Assembly (NCBI GenBank): GCA_965216565.1
Contig: OZ244170.1
Span: forward strand, 5,088,001-5,152,000
Direction of reading: 5' to 3'
Origin: Bythopirellula sp.
GTDB lineage: Bacteria; Planctomycetota; Planctomycetia; Pirellulales; Lacipirellulaceae
DNA: 64,000 nt
Part shown: positions 17,574 through 28,154 of the stretch, one piece after another
Numbering within the stretch: the stretch's first letter is position 1
How the letters are laid out: each line of letters opens with the position of its first letter
Position numbers and translations under genes: made by a program
The notes under the pieces: generated by a model
What the model saw: the letters and a program-made list of their open reading frames with translations, nothing else
Database searches by the model: none
What the model was told of the DNA's origin: nothing

Positions 17574-19856
17574 ATGTCTAACGGCACTCCACAAAAACGA
17601 ACGCGACAGCAACGAGTCGCCACCGTCGAGTTACCTCCGGGTACTTGGGGCCGGCTCGTCGCGCAGCTGCGCCGTGGAAGTGTTCTGCTGCGGCTGGCAT
17701 TGTGTGCTCTGGCAGCCCTGGTGCTTTGGTCGTTCACCAAGAGTTGGGATCCTCCCTTTACCTATTCTCTAGGCGAAATTCCCAAGCGAGACATCATCGC
17801 CCGCGTTGATTTTGTACAGCCCGACGAAGCCGCGACCGAAAAGCTCCGTCAAAAAGAACGGGAATTGGCACTTGCCGTTTACGACCAAGATCCTGAACCG
17901 TTAATCCAGCTTCGCGCACAGCTACGCAACGAAATCACGAATTTGCTGGCCGCTGAGTCGTTGGAGGAAGTCGACGTTCAACTCTGGAGCGAATTCCAAC
18001 CTGAGCTTGCCGCAGGCACTCCCGATCCTACCGAGGAGCAGCGGCAGGAACAGTTCCAGCGTTTCCGAGAAGCTTTTGCCGAAGAGAACGCTGTCGAGCA
18101 GTTTAGCGAAAGAATGGCTGAAGTCATGGCTCCTCTGGAGCAGTGGGGTTTGTTGGAAACCTTGCCCGAGGAACATGAAGAAGTAAATTCCGAGAGCATT
18201 TATGTGCGGCGGTTAGAAGGCGAGAATTTTTCCGCTGAAGCGAAGACAAGTATTACGGAGGTGTTGATCGAAAACGCGTCCGCAAGGCTGCAGCAGAATC
18301 TTATCGAAAAACTCTCATCGGCTGAATTGGCGCAACGTGTCTACGCTTGGCTGAAGCCTCGGCTGACGACGTCACTGACTCTCGATTTGACTGCAACACG
18401 CGAAGCTCAAGAACTGGCCGCAGAGGCAGTAGAGCAGCAATATAAAGAATTTCGAGCTGGCCAAGATCAACTCGCGAGTTCCGGCGAGCCACTTAATGCC
18501 GAGTCACTCGATCTGTTGCTCCGCGAACACCAACAGATTGTTGCCCAGCGCGATCTTGGTAGTCGAATTCGACGGTCCCTCGCCATTTGGGGCATGTTTA
18601 TCGCACTCTACACTTTGTGTGGGTTCTACATTTATGTACGTGAACCAGCGGTCATCTCCGATTTAGTACGGTTTGTTTGCCTGCTATCGTTGGTTGTGGT
18701 TTCCGTGATGTTGGCTCACGTTGCAAATCAATATTTGTGGGACACCGTTACGGTCATCCCGCTTCTACTATTTGCCATGACAGTGGTGATCGCCTATCAG
18801 CAAGAAATGGCTTTACTGCTCTCGGCGAGCGTGACTTTAATCATTGTGATGGTCATTGGACTAGAGCTCTCGCAGGCACTTGTGTTTATGGCAACTATTG
18901 CCGGTACGATACTTGTGCTGAAGCAGGTCCGCACGCGCGGGAAACTGCTCTCGGTGGGGCTCGTCGCTGCGGCAGTGGCATTGCTGACCACCCTCGGTGT
19001 AGGAACTTTGGAAGGCGATAGTTGGGGACCGCTGATCCAGACCGGTCTTATTCTGGCCTTGTGGTCGATTATCGCCGGTTCGTTGATGACGGTACTGCTT
19101 CCCGCGGTGGAAAAAGTTTTTGGTGTGCAAACTGATTTGAGTTTGATTGAGCTAGGCGACCCAGCTCATCCGTTATTACAGGAACTCATACGTCGGGCTC
19201 CAGGAACCTATAACCATTCCATTACGGTTGCCTCGCTGGCCGAAGCTGCAGCTGAGTCGATCGGAGCGCGTGGGCTTTTGGTAAGAGTCGGTGCCTACTT
19301 CCACGACATCGGCAAGATGCTTAAGCCAGGCTATTTCATCGAGAATCAAAGTCGCGGCGACAACCGCCACGACTCTCTCGTACCCGCCATGAGCACGTTA
19401 GTGATTATTGCTCACGTCAAAGACGGGGCCGACTTGGCGCGACAGAACAAATTGCCCGAGCCGATCATCGACTTTATACAACAACATCATGGGACCACCT
19501 TGGTTGAGTATTTCTACAGACAAGCCAATGAAAAGAAAAAAGGGGAAGACCCCGAAGGTGGTGAGGTCGACGAAAGCTCGTTCCGCTATCCAGGTCCCAA
19601 GCCTCAGAGCAAAGAGGCTGGGGTGCTGATGCTTTCCGATGCCGTAGAAAGTGCTACCAGGGCACTCAAGGAACCCACACCGGCACGAATTGAAAACATT
19701 GTCGAAGAATTGTCGATGAAGCGATTACTGGACGGACAATTCGACGAGTGCGGTTTGACCCTGCAAGAATTGCAGCGTGTTGGAGAAAGTTTGGTAAAAT
19801 CGCTCACTGCCGTATATCATGGACGTGTAAAATACCCCGGACAAGAGACCGCCTAG
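17574..19856 (+). CDS. 7TM-HD (HDIG) phosphohydrolase, PgpH-like
   Basis: Large extracellular domain, 7 TM, APGTYNHS, YFHDIGK, QHHGT, FRYPGPKP. Confidence 0.9.
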   Translation: MSNGTPQKRTRQQRVATVELPPGTWGRLVAQLRRGSVLLRLALCALAALVLWSFTKSWDPPFTYSLGEIPKRDIIARVDFVQPDEAATEKLRQKERELALAVYDQDPEPLIQLRAQLRNEITNLLAAESLEEVDVQLWSEFQPELAAGTPDPTEEQRQEQFQRFREAFAEENAVEQFSERMAEVMAPLEQWGLLETLPEEHEEVNSESIYVRRLEGENFSAEAKTSITEVLIENASARLQQNLIEKLSSAELAQRVYAWLKPRLTTSLTLDLTATREAQELAAEAVEQQYKEFRAGQDQLASSGEPLNAESLDLLLREHQQIVAQRDLGSRIRRSLAIWGMFIALYTLCGFYIYVREPAVISDLVRFVCLLSLVVVSVMLAHVANQYLWDTVTVIPLLLFAMTVVIAYQQEMALLLSASVTLIIVMVIGLELSQALVFMATIAGTILVLKQVRTRGKLLSVGLVAAAVALLTTLGVGTLEGDSWGPLIQTGLILALWSIIAGSLMTVLLPAVEKVFGVQTDLSLIELGDPAHPLLQELIRRAPGTYNHSITVASLAEAAAESIGARGLLVRVGAYFHDIGKMLKPGYFIENQSRGDNRHDSLVPAMSTLVIIAHVKDGADLARQNKLPEPIIDFIQQHHGTTLVEYFYRQANEKKKGEDPEGGEVDESSFRYPGPKPQSKEAGVLMLSDAVESATRALKEPTPARIENIVEELSMKRLLDGQFDECGLTLQELQRVGESLVKSLTAVYHGRVKYPGQETA

Positions 19857-19899
19857 AGATCCTAGCTGGGTGTTTGTCCAACTTCGAACCAAGTAGAAA

Positions 19900-20421
19900 A
19901 TGGAACTTAGAGAACAGCGTGAATCCAGTGGCGATGACGGGGAACCTCCCGAATGCCCCTATCAAATTCAGTTAGCCAATGAGCAGTCGTCTCTGCACTT
20001 GGACGAGCCAAGGCTTATCGAGGCTATTCGTTCTGTCTTAGAAGATTCCGACTTTCAGTCGGCCTCGGTTAGTCTCGCGATGGTGGACGACCCCACTATG
20101 CACGAGCTCAATCGACAGTACCTTGAACACGATTACCCGACAGACGTCCTCAGCTTTGTGCTCGAAGACGACGGCTTGCAACTGCAAGGGCAGCTAATTG
20201 TTAGCGTCGACACGGCAATCGAAAACGCCGCACAGTATGGCTGGTCGCCCGCTGAAGAAATGTTGCTCTACGTTGTGCACGGGGCTTTGCATCTGATTGG
20301 CTACGATGATCAGCTGCCCGAGCAGCGAGAAGCCATGCGGATTGCTGAGTCAACGCACCTTCAAAAACTTGGCATTCATGTCTCCGATTCGCATCGTACC
20401 GCCAGGGAGGATCGGGCATGA
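19900..20421 (+). CDS. ybeY: rRNA maturation endoribonuclease YbeY
   Basis: PTDVLSF, HGALHLIGYD(D); the third His of HxxxHxxGxDH is Asp here. Confidence 0.9.
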   Translation: MELREQRESSGDDGEPPECPYQIQLANEQSSLHLDEPRLIEAIRSVLEDSDFQSASVSLAMVDDPTMHELNRQYLEHDYPTDVLSFVLEDDGLQLQGQLIVSVDTAIENAAQYGWSPAEEMLLYVVHGALHLIGYDDQLPEQREAMRIAESTHLQKLGIHVSDSHRTAREDRA

Positions 20422-21719
20422 TCGATGCGACCCAACTGATGTGGGTGTTTCTCGCGGGATTAATCGTCACGGTCGTGGCGAGTCTTGGTATACGTTCGCT
20501 GAGATCATTTTCGCGACACGATCTGGAAGAACTCTGCCGCAAGAATGGCAAGCCAGACCGCTTTGGCGAGATGCTGCGTTTGCACGAGACCGTAGCACTG
20601 GGAATCGAAATGTTGTTGGTTCTCGTTGGTACAGTCACGCTCGTCACTGGGTTTCTCTGGGTATCAGAGCGGTGGGATCTGGAGGCTTTCGAGTCTTGGC
20701 AGCCGATGTTACTCGTGTGTCTAGGCGTAGGCTTGGTGATGACCATTGCCACCAGTTGGTTGGCTTGGGCATTGGCTCGGTTGTTTTCTGAGGAATTCTT
20801 GTACGTCTCCTGGCCGCTATGGAAGGCTGTCGCGGTGTTGTCCTCGCCACTCGTCTGGGGCGCCAGGTTGCTGGACATTGTTCTCCACCGTATCTCGGGC
20901 AGAACCGAAGAGATCGTCGACGAGGAGACGATCGAAGAAGAAATCCGTACGATCGTCACCGAGGGGCATCGAGAAGGATTGCTGGAAGAAGAAGCCCGGG
21001 AAATGATCGAAGGGGTGATCGAACTGGGAGACGCGGACGTCTCGGAGATCATGACCCCGCGAACAGACATGCATATGTTGCAAGTCGAACTACCTTGGCT
21101 CCAAATTATTGACGAAGCCATTGCCCTAGGGCACACACGAATTCCAGTCTACGACAAGAACCGCGACGACATTGTCGGCGTGCTCTATACCAAGGACCTG
21201 ATCCCCGAGCTTGCCACCAGCGATTCAGATTCGCGGACCCCGCTGCGAGAATTGCTCCGCAAACCGGTATTTGTCCCCGAAACGAAGCCGGTCGACAATT
21301 TGCTGCAAATGTTTCAGCAGATGCGGACTCATATCGCGATTGTGCTCGACGAGTATGGCGGAGTCTCTGGGCTGGTTACGATTGAAGATGTTCTGGAAGA
21401 AATCGTGGGCGAGATAGTCGACGAGTACGACGAAGAGTTGGTCGAGGGAATCGAACGGCTCGACCAAGATACCTGCCTCGCTCTAGGACGCACCCACGTC
21501 GATGAAATCAACGAAGCCATGAAACTTGATCTCCCTGACGATGGTGATTTCGATACCATCGGCGGCTTTGTCTTTACCGAGTTGGGGAGAGTTCCTCTTC
21601 CAGGTGAATCGCTAGTGTGGCAGGAGCAAGTTCAGATTCAGGTGCTCGAAGTCACCAAGCGCCGAATCGATCGAGTGCGAATCGAGCGACTCTCATCGGA
21701 TCAACTCGAGAGTGCGTAA
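20418..21719 (+). CDS. HlyC/CorC family CNNM-CBS transporter
   Basis: N-terminal TM (DUF21), IMTPR, HTRIPVY, DEYGG..GLVTIEDVLEEIVGEI, DTIGG. Confidence 0.92.
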   Translation: MIDATQLMWVFLAGLIVTVVASLGIRSLRSFSRHDLEELCRKNGKPDRFGEMLRLHETVALGIEMLLVLVGTVTLVTGFLWVSERWDLEAFESWQPMLLVCLGVGLVMTIATSWLAWALARLFSEEFLYVSWPLWKAVAVLSSPLVWGARLLDIVLHRISGRTEEIVDEETIEEEIRTIVTEGHREGLLEEEAREMIEGVIELGDADVSEIMTPRTDMHMLQVELPWLQIIDEAIALGHTRIPVYDKNRDDIVGVLYTKDLIPELATSDSDSRTPLRELLRKPVFVPETKPVDNLLQMFQQMRTHIAIVLDEYGGVSGLVTIEDVLEEIVGEIVDEYDEELVEGIERLDQDTCLALGRTHVDEINEAMKLDLPDDGDFDTIGGFVFTELGRVPLPGESLVWQEQVQIQVLEVTKRRIDRVRIERLSSDQLESA

Positions 21720-21924
21720 GCACTATCGCCGGGCCAATTGATAGGAATCCGGGTAGCTAGCACCACAGGCATCAAATTCTCTCTAGCCAGCGTCAATGCT
21801 AGCGGCCTGCATGACTTGATCTTGACCACAAGGGCCTGGCTTTCCTACTGTTCGCCGCCCCGGGCCTCTCCTGCGCGCTCGTTCCGCGCGGTGGCAGTCC
21901 CATTCAATCGCTTTTCTAATAGCT

Positions 21925-23313
21925 ATGACAAAACTCTGCGCAAAACACATTTTGGTTGGCCTAGTGGTTAGTACACCTGGCATGGTGGGCTGTGCTTCAA
22001 TGAACTTAAGCCCGACCAATTGGCAGATGCCTTCGTTTGCCAGCGAACAACACGATCCCGGTACGCCCGAATGGTGGGATGACCACCAGGACGACGCCGA
22101 GTTTGTCGTAGGCGAAGGTTGGCGAGTCCCCGGCACGGAGGGATTCTTCGACGACCAAGGACGGCCCATTCGCGCCCGTGTCGCGAAAGTTGTGAAGAGT
22201 GGCCCCAAACAGGCGACCCTATTGGACGACATCCAAGTAGCCGATTCAGTGAAAGACTTCAAAGAAAAGCTAGGGATGGGACCCGACCAAAGTGCCGCCG
22301 AGCAACTCTATGCAGAGGGCGAGGCATTGTTTCGATCGCAAGACTATAAAAATGCTGTAAAGAAATTCAAATCTGCCGCCGGCCGTTGGCCCGGTTCCAG
22401 GGTCGAACAAGATGCGCTGTTCTACAAAGCAGAAAGCGAATTCTTCGGCGAACAATATCCCGAGGCCGTCGATACTTACACGATGCTGCTGGACAAATAT
22501 CCGAATTCTCAGCACCTTGATAAAGTCGTGCGTCGACAGTTCGATATTGCCCACTATTGGGAGCAACATCACCAGCACGAACCCCATTGGGCGACGACCC
22601 CCAATGTGCTCGATGATACCAGGCCCCTGTTCGATACATTGGGGCGAGCCCTCAAAACTTACGAGAACATTCGTCTCAACGATCCCACGGGTCCGTTGGC
22701 AGACGATTCGATCATGGCCTCCGGCAATTCGTACTTTCTCCGAGGTCGCTACTCCGACGCCGACTATCATTATCAACTCTTGCGGAGCGAATATCCGCAA
22801 AGCGAACATCAGTTTGAAGCACACATCTTAGGCCTGCAGTGCAAGTTGCGGATTTATCAGGGCGAAGACTACGATGCCACGCCACTGACCGAGGCGAAAA
22901 AGATTGTCAAACAGCTGAAAATCCAGTTCGCCGGCGAATTGAATGCAGAGGAGCGCGAACGACTGGCGGAGATACAGGCCCAACTCAATGAGAAATTGGC
23001 CGAACGTGAACTCAAAATGGCAAAGTACTACGATGACGGTGAGCACTATGGGAGCGCGAAGTTTTATTACGCGCAAATCGTGAAGAACTTTCCCGATACC
23101 CCGATCGCGGAACAAGCCCGCTCGCGCTATGTCGAGCTAGGTGGCGAACCAGATCACCCGTCGTCCAATATGGAATGGTTTGTGAATTTGTTCCCTGAGA
23201 ATGCTGAGCGACAATCAATCAAACAAGTGCCAATGCTCGAATCTACCGATACCACACGCATCGCTACCGAACCCCAAGACAATCTTTCTAATGGCGACTC
23301 AATCTATCGATAA
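21925..23313 (+). CDS. BamD-like TPR lipoprotein
   Basis: Lipobox MVGC, multiple TPR-like helices, LAERELKMAKYY; adjacent to lptE. Confidence 0.75.
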   Translation: MTKLCAKHILVGLVVSTPGMVGCASMNLSPTNWQMPSFASEQHDPGTPEWWDDHQDDAEFVVGEGWRVPGTEGFFDDQGRPIRARVAKVVKSGPKQATLLDDIQVADSVKDFKEKLGMGPDQSAAEQLYAEGEALFRSQDYKNAVKKFKSAAGRWPGSRVEQDALFYKAESEFFGEQYPEAVDTYTMLLDKYPNSQHLDKVVRRQFDIAHYWEQHHQHEPHWATTPNVLDDTRPLFDTLGRALKTYENIRLNDPTGPLADDSIMASGNSYFLRGRYSDADYHYQLLRSEYPQSEHQFEAHILGLQCKLRIYQGEDYDATPLTEAKKIVKQLKIQFAGELNAEERERLAEIQAQLNEKLAERELKMAKYYDDGEHYGSAKFYYAQIVKNFPDTPIAEQARSRYVELGGEPDHPSSNMEWFVNLFPENAERQSIKQVPMLESTDTTRIATEPQDNLSNGDSIYR

Positions 23314-23869
23314 TTTGTTCGACGGATTAGCTCCATGCCGTGGTTTCGGGGCAATCGTGCTGGGGCCCCTCTTGCTGGGACTTGTGTGCTCGCTCGGTTG
23401 TGCTTCTTATCAGGTCGGCGCGCGGACGCTCTACGCCCCAGATGTCGACACGGTTTATGTGCCGATGATTGAGTCGGACAGCTTTCGTCGAGATTTAGGC
23501 GAGCGGCTCACCGAAGCGGTAATCAAAGAAATTGAATTGCGCACGCCATTCAAGGTGGTGGGCAATCCCGATGCAGATAGTATTCTGTCGGCCCGACTTG
23601 TTTCAGATACAAAGCGAATTACGCTTGAGAACCAAAACGACGATCCTCGCGTTCTTGAAATGGGCATGGTGGTAGAGGTCACTTGGCTTAATCGTCGCCG
23701 CCAACCGCTACGATTGCCGGCGTCAATTGCTTTGCCTCCCGAGTTAGTCACGATGTCGCAGGTTTCGAATCTTGTTCCCGAGGCGGGACAGTCGACGGTC
23801 ACCGCCCAGCAGCAGGCTATTGGGCGGTTGGCCCAGCAGATTGTCTCGGCAATGGAAGAGCCTTGGTAG
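23291..23869 (+). CDS. lptE: LptE-like LPS assembly lipoprotein
   Basis: Lipobox LGC, TVYVP, LTEAVIKEI, LAQQIV..MEEPW. Confidence 0.75.
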   Translation: MATQSIDNLFDGLAPCRGFGAIVLGPLLLGLVCSLGCASYQVGARTLYAPDVDTVYVPMIESDSFRRDLGERLTEAVIKEIELRTPFKVVGNPDADSILSARLVSDTKRITLENQNDDPRVLEMGMVVEVTWLNRRRQPLRLPASIALPPELVTMSQVSNLVPEAGQSTVTAQQQAIGRLAQQIVSAMEEPW

Positions 23870-23915
23870 TCTCAGGGACTTTTGTCAGCCCATGGGCCTT
23901 GCTAGGCTCTACTGT

Positions 23916-24818
23916 ATGACTTCCGAATCTCTCGCCGAACGCTTTCAGAATCGTGCTACCTCCTGGCAACTGCGCACGAGAAGGCTGGAATTTGGCACTT
24001 GTCCTCTGTTGATGGGGATTGTCAATGTCACGCCCGATAGTTTCTCCGATGGCGGAAGGTTTCTAGGCGCCGAACAAGCGATCGAGCACGCCTTGCAATT
24101 GGTCGCTGATGGAGCCGACATCCTCGACGTCGGTGGCGAAAGCACACGCCCCTATTCAGAGGCAGTTTCCGAAGCAGAGGAGCTGCGCCGCGTTCTGCCC
24201 GTCATTGAGTCTCTAGCAAAGCAGGTTGACGTACCAATTTCGATCGATACGAGCAAAAGCAAAGTTGCTCAAGCTGCTCTCGAGTTGGGTGCCGAGATCG
24301 TCAACGACGTGACGGGGCTTCAGGGCGATCCTCAGATGTGCCAGGTAGTCTCTGAGCTTCAATCTGGCGTTTGTGTGATGCACATGCAGGGTACGCCGCA
24401 AACAATGCAAGACAACCCGCAGTATACGAATGTCGTCAACGAAGTGGCCGACTATCTCGCCGAGCGAAGAGACCAGCTCCTTGTCGCAGGAGTCGAGCCT
24501 GCACGCATCTGCCTCGATCCAGGAATCGGCTTTGGCAAGTCGCACCAACATAATCTGACGTTGATGGCTAGCTGCGGAAGTTTCCATGAACTCGGCTGCC
24601 CCCTACTCGTGGGGCATTCGCGAAAGGGATTCCTTGGGAAGATCCTAGGTAACAAGGAGCTCGATCGAACAGCAGCCACTGTGGGGTCTGCCTTGGCTCT
24701 GGCGGCTCAGGGAGTGCAGATCATCCGCGTTCACGATATTCGGCCCCTCCGGGAGGCGTTGCTGGCCTTTGCGGCAGTCGGAGGAGTCGATGGCAGAGCC
24801 GACCAGCTAGCAGATTAA
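23916..24818 (+). CDS. folP: Dihydropteroate synthase
   Basis: MGIVNVTPDSFSDGG, GGESTRP, DPGIGFGK, GHSRK, RVHD; start approximate. Confidence 0.96.
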   Translation: MTSESLAERFQNRATSWQLRTRRLEFGTCPLLMGIVNVTPDSFSDGGRFLGAEQAIEHALQLVADGADILDVGGESTRPYSEAVSEAEELRRVLPVIESLAKQVDVPISIDTSKSKVAQAALELGAEIVNDVTGLQGDPQMCQVVSELQSGVCVMHMQGTPQTMQDNPQYTNVVNEVADYLAERRDQLLVAGVEPARICLDPGIGFGKSHQHNLTLMASCGSFHELGCPLLVGHSRKGFLGKILGNKELDRTAATVGSALALAAQGVQIIRVHDIRPLREALLAFAAVGGVDGRADQLAD

Positions 24819-24992
24819 TATCGTTTCATAGACGCCGTATTCGCTTGTCTTGTAATGATTCTGCCCAGCACAGCGACATTGACCCGAAATCGCCCTTCCA
24901 CGATACTTACAGGGTTGCGGTGCGCTATGCCTCACCGCCTGGGAGACACTGAGTTTCTCACTGCCGATTCCGACGAGAACGTAGTTAAAAAT

Positions 24993-26282
24993 ATGGCCAC
25001 TGTTACTCAAAAATCAGCTTCGATAGACGATCTTTCTCGATATTGCACGGAAGTCGCCCAGCGTGCCAGCAAAGCCGCTACGCAGTTGGCCTTGGTGAGT
25101 GGTGCGACAAAGATTGCCTGGCTGTGCCGCTCGGCGGAGCTTCTCCAAGCGAACGTTGACAGCTTGCAAAGCACCAATGAAAAGGATCTCAAGGCAGCCC
25201 CCGACTATGGACTAACCGATGCTCAAATCGATCGATTGCGTCTCACGCCCGATCGTATCGCGGGCATTGCCACTGCCTTGCTCGATATCGCTCAACTCCG
25301 TGACCCGTTGGGACAAGTCATCGATTCAACGGTCCGGCCCAACGGGCTTACCATCAACAAGATTCGCGTTCCCTTGGGTGTAGTTTTCTTCATCTACGAA
25401 TCGCGTCCCAACGTCACGGCAGATGCGGCAGCCATTTGTGTCAAAGCAGGCAATGCCGTCATCCTGCGCGGTGGCAAAGAAGCCATCCATTCCAGTCAAG
25501 CGATTGTGGATCTATTGCATCAAGCGGCCGACGAAGTTGGCTTGCCTCGCGATGCGGTACAGCTTGTCGAAACCACTGATCGCGAAGCTGTCGGGCACTT
25601 TTTGAAAATGCCTGACCTGATCGACTTGGCGATTCCTCGCGGCGGCGAAGGTCTCATTCGCCGTGTCAGTGACGAGGCACAGATGCCTGTCATCAAACAC
25701 TTTGACGGAAATTGCCACGTGTACGTCGATTCCGCAGCCGACTTGGAGATGGCCCAATCGATTGTTGTGAATTCTAAGTGCCACCGAATGGGTGTATGCA
25801 ATGCAGCCGAATCGCTGCTGGTACACGCTGATGTAGCCGGCGAGTATTTGCCCGCCCTAGCCGAGGCATTGCAGGAGTTCGAAGTCGAAATTCGCGGCGA
25901 CGAACGAACTTGCGAGTTGGTCGAATCCGCCAAACCCGCTACAGACGACGACTACTTGGCAGAATTCTTGGCGCCCATTATCTCGGCGAAGGTTGTCGGT
26001 TCGCTGGACGAAGCCATTGATCACATCAACCAATACGGTTCGAAACATACCGACGCGATCGTAACGAACGACCTCGGGGCCTCCCAGAAGTTTTCTCGTT
26101 GCGTAGATAGTTCTGCGGTCATGATCAACGCTAGTACTCGCTTCAACGACGGCGGCGAGTTTGGTCTCGGAGCAGAAATCGGCATCAGCACCGACAAATT
26201 CCACGCTCGCGGACCGTGTGGCATCGAAGAACTAACAAGTTACAAATACATCGTTCAAGGAACAGGACAGATTCGGTCTTGA
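24993..26282 (+). CDS. proA: Glutamate-5-semialdehyde dehydrogenase
   Basis: [39 protein letters not shown]. Confidence 0.96.
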   Translation: MATVTQKSASIDDLSRYCTEVAQRASKAATQLALVSGATKIAWLCRSAELLQANVDSLQSTNEKDLKAAPDYGLTDAQIDRLRLTPDRIAGIATALLDIAQLRDPLGQVIDSTVRPNGLTINKIRVPLGVVFFIYESRPNVTADAAAICVKAGNAVILRGGKEAIHSSQAIVDLLHQAADEVGLPRDAVQLVETTDREAVGHFLKMPDLIDLAIPRGGEGLIRRVSDEAQMPVIKHFDGNCHVYVDSAADLEMAQSIVVNSKCHRMGVCNAAESLLVHADVAGEYLPALAEALQEFEVEIRGDERTCELVESAKPATDDDYLAEFLAPIISAKVVGSLDEAIDHINQYGSKHTDAIVTNDLGASQKFSRCVDSSAVMINASTRFNDGGEFGLGAEIGISTDKFHARGPCGIEELTSYKYIVQGTGQIRS

Positions 26283-26321
26283 ATTTAGAACCTGAAAGTC
26301 TGAATTTCAGATTCTAAATTC
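26281..26321. repeat. AT-rich inverted repeat between proA and fliM
   Basis: GAATTTAGAACCTGAAA ... TTTCAGATTCTAAATTC (16/17 complementary). Confidence 0.7.
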
Positions 26322-26329
26322 CCCTCGCA

Positions 26330-27400
26330 ATGGAGTGCGAAATGGTCGACAACGTATTAGATCAGTCAGAAGTGGAAAGTCTGCTGGGTTCGATGGATCC
26401 TGAGGGGTCTGACGAAGATCAGGCGGGGCCCATCGTCGAGCCTAGCCCGTTTCCGCAAGTGCCACGCGAGAAAGTCTCTGTCTACGATTTCAAACGTCCC
26501 GAGCGTGTCGGCAAAGAGCAGATGCGCGCCTTGCAAACCATGTATGAGGGTTTCGGGCGAAACTTCGGAGCGGCCCTCTCGGCCATGCTCCGCACCATTG
26601 TCGAGGCGAAGCTCACCAGCGTCGATCAACTCACGTATAGTGAATTTGTCTTTAGCTTAGAGAATCCGACTTGCTTCAACTTGATTAGCGCTCAGCCATT
26701 AGATGGCCAGCTCATTTTGGACATCAATCCGTCGATCTTGTTTCCTGTGATCGATCGGCTGCTCGGAGGCTCGGCAAATGGTACTACGTCTCCGAGACGG
26801 CCACTCACTGAGATCGAGTTGCGGTTAGTCTCGCGAATCACAGATCTGTTTCTCAAAGAAATGAAAGTCGCTTGGGAGAATGTCGTTGAGTTGGAACTTT
26901 CAGTCGATCGAGTTGAAAGCAACCCCCAACTTGTGCAAATTATTCCAGCTAACGAGGTAGTTGTTCTCGTAAGTTTTGAATTGATCGTGGGCGAGACGCG
27001 TGGCATGGTCAATCTATGTATCCCCTTCAATTCTTTGGAGCCCATTGGCAATAAACTTACATCCAACTCCTGGGCCAGTTACAGCAAACGTGCGCCAACA
27101 AAAGATTCGATAAATACCATCACGGGTCACATCTCGAGCGCGCCGGTCGAAGTGGTTGTTGAGCTTGCACAAACGAGCATCACAACCCGCGATTTAATCG
27201 AACTGCGAGTCGGCGATATCATTGCCAGCGAGAAGGACATCAAGCAACCGCTCGATGTGTCGGTTGAGGGTAGGCCTAAGTTTCAAGCTAAGCCGGGCAA
27301 GTTTAAGGGACGCAAGGCGATTGAGATTCTTCGTAATGTCGAACCGACAAAACTTCTAGACGAATTACCCAAGGATGACAAGAAAAAACGAAATCAATAG
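26330..27400 (+). CDS. fliM: Flagellar motor switch protein FliM
   Basis: N-terminal VLDQSEVESLL (CheY-binding), YDFKRPER, RPLTEIE, ESNPQ, SpoA C-terminal domain. Confidence 0.93.
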   Translation: MECEMVDNVLDQSEVESLLGSMDPEGSDEDQAGPIVEPSPFPQVPREKVSVYDFKRPERVGKEQMRALQTMYEGFGRNFGAALSAMLRTIVEAKLTSVDQLTYSEFVFSLENPTCFNLISAQPLDGQLILDINPSILFPVIDRLLGGSANGTTSPRRPLTEIELRLVSRITDLFLKEMKVAWENVVELELSVDRVESNPQLVQIIPANEVVVLVSFELIVGETRGMVNLCIPFNSLEPIGNKLTSNSWASYSKRAPTKDSINTITGHISSAPVEVVVELAQTSITTRDLIELRVGDIIASEKDIKQPLDVSVEGRPKFQAKPGKFKGRKAIEILRNVEPTKLLDELPKDDKKKRNQ

Positions 27401-27777
27401 GTTCTAGGAAACGTAGAGAATTGCATTGCGCGGGTAGCTCCTTGGATTGACATTTAGGTGCGATCTGCGAGAATTAGTTTATGTGAAGCTTTCGGTCCAT
27501 TGCTTGTTCACCCTGATCTTATCTCAGACCGGAAGCGACTGCTGCTTTTCAATAAACCGCCACTCATTTACGGGCTGAGCCGTACGTCTAAGTCTGTTAG
27601 GGTCGGGCTACTTGGTCCGGTCATTGTGGCACGATTTCGGTACCGGATACGGAATAAACTCTGCATTCTCGTCAGAGGATGAATTGGGTTGGGGATAGAG
27701 GCCTATACTGCTTGGGTTTCGTCTGTCGAGACTCTTGCTCGCGATCATCAGGCACCAGTTTGATGAGGAGTTAGGTC

Positions 27778-28143
27778 ATGGGAATTTCGGTGACGTGTCC
27801 TCATGGGCACGAATTCAAGGTCAAGGATAAGTATGCGGGCAAGAAAGGTCTCTGTCCGTTCTGCAAAGACCAAGTAGCTGTCCGCGTCCCAGATGCGGTG
27901 TCGTCGGAGAGCCTGCAGAGAGCCGCCCGACGTGTCGCCGCCGAGCAGCACGGAGCGAAACCGTCTGCCTCCGATTCCTCAGCGTCCGTTTTTGACGATC
28001 AGGTTGCTCAAGACGCAGGGGCCAGCGGTAGCTTGATTGGCTCTTCTGTTATTCAACATAACGTCAAGTGCAAGTGTGGCGAACGCGTTCCGATGTGGTT
28101 TGCCCGGTGTCCGAAGTGCGGCGTTTATATGCCGCAGCGGTAG
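27778..28143 (+). CDS. Hypothetical protein with two Zn-ribbon motifs
   Basis: RBS GAGGAG; CPHGH...CPFC at the N-terminus and CKCG...CPKC at the C-terminus. Confidence 0.75.
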   Translation: MGISVTCPHGHEFKVKDKYAGKKGLCPFCKDQVAVRVPDAVSSESLQRAARRVAAEQHGAKPSASDSSASVFDDQVAQDAGASGSLIGSSVIQHNVKCKCGERVPMWFARCPKCGVYMPQR

Positions 28144-28154
28144 TAAACTTCTTG

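Noticed and set aside
20201..21136. 311-aa antisense ORF over ybeY/corC, and similar antisense ORFs over purA, ppdK and valS
   Set aside because: They overlap well-supported conserved genes on the other strand and have no recognisable motifs.
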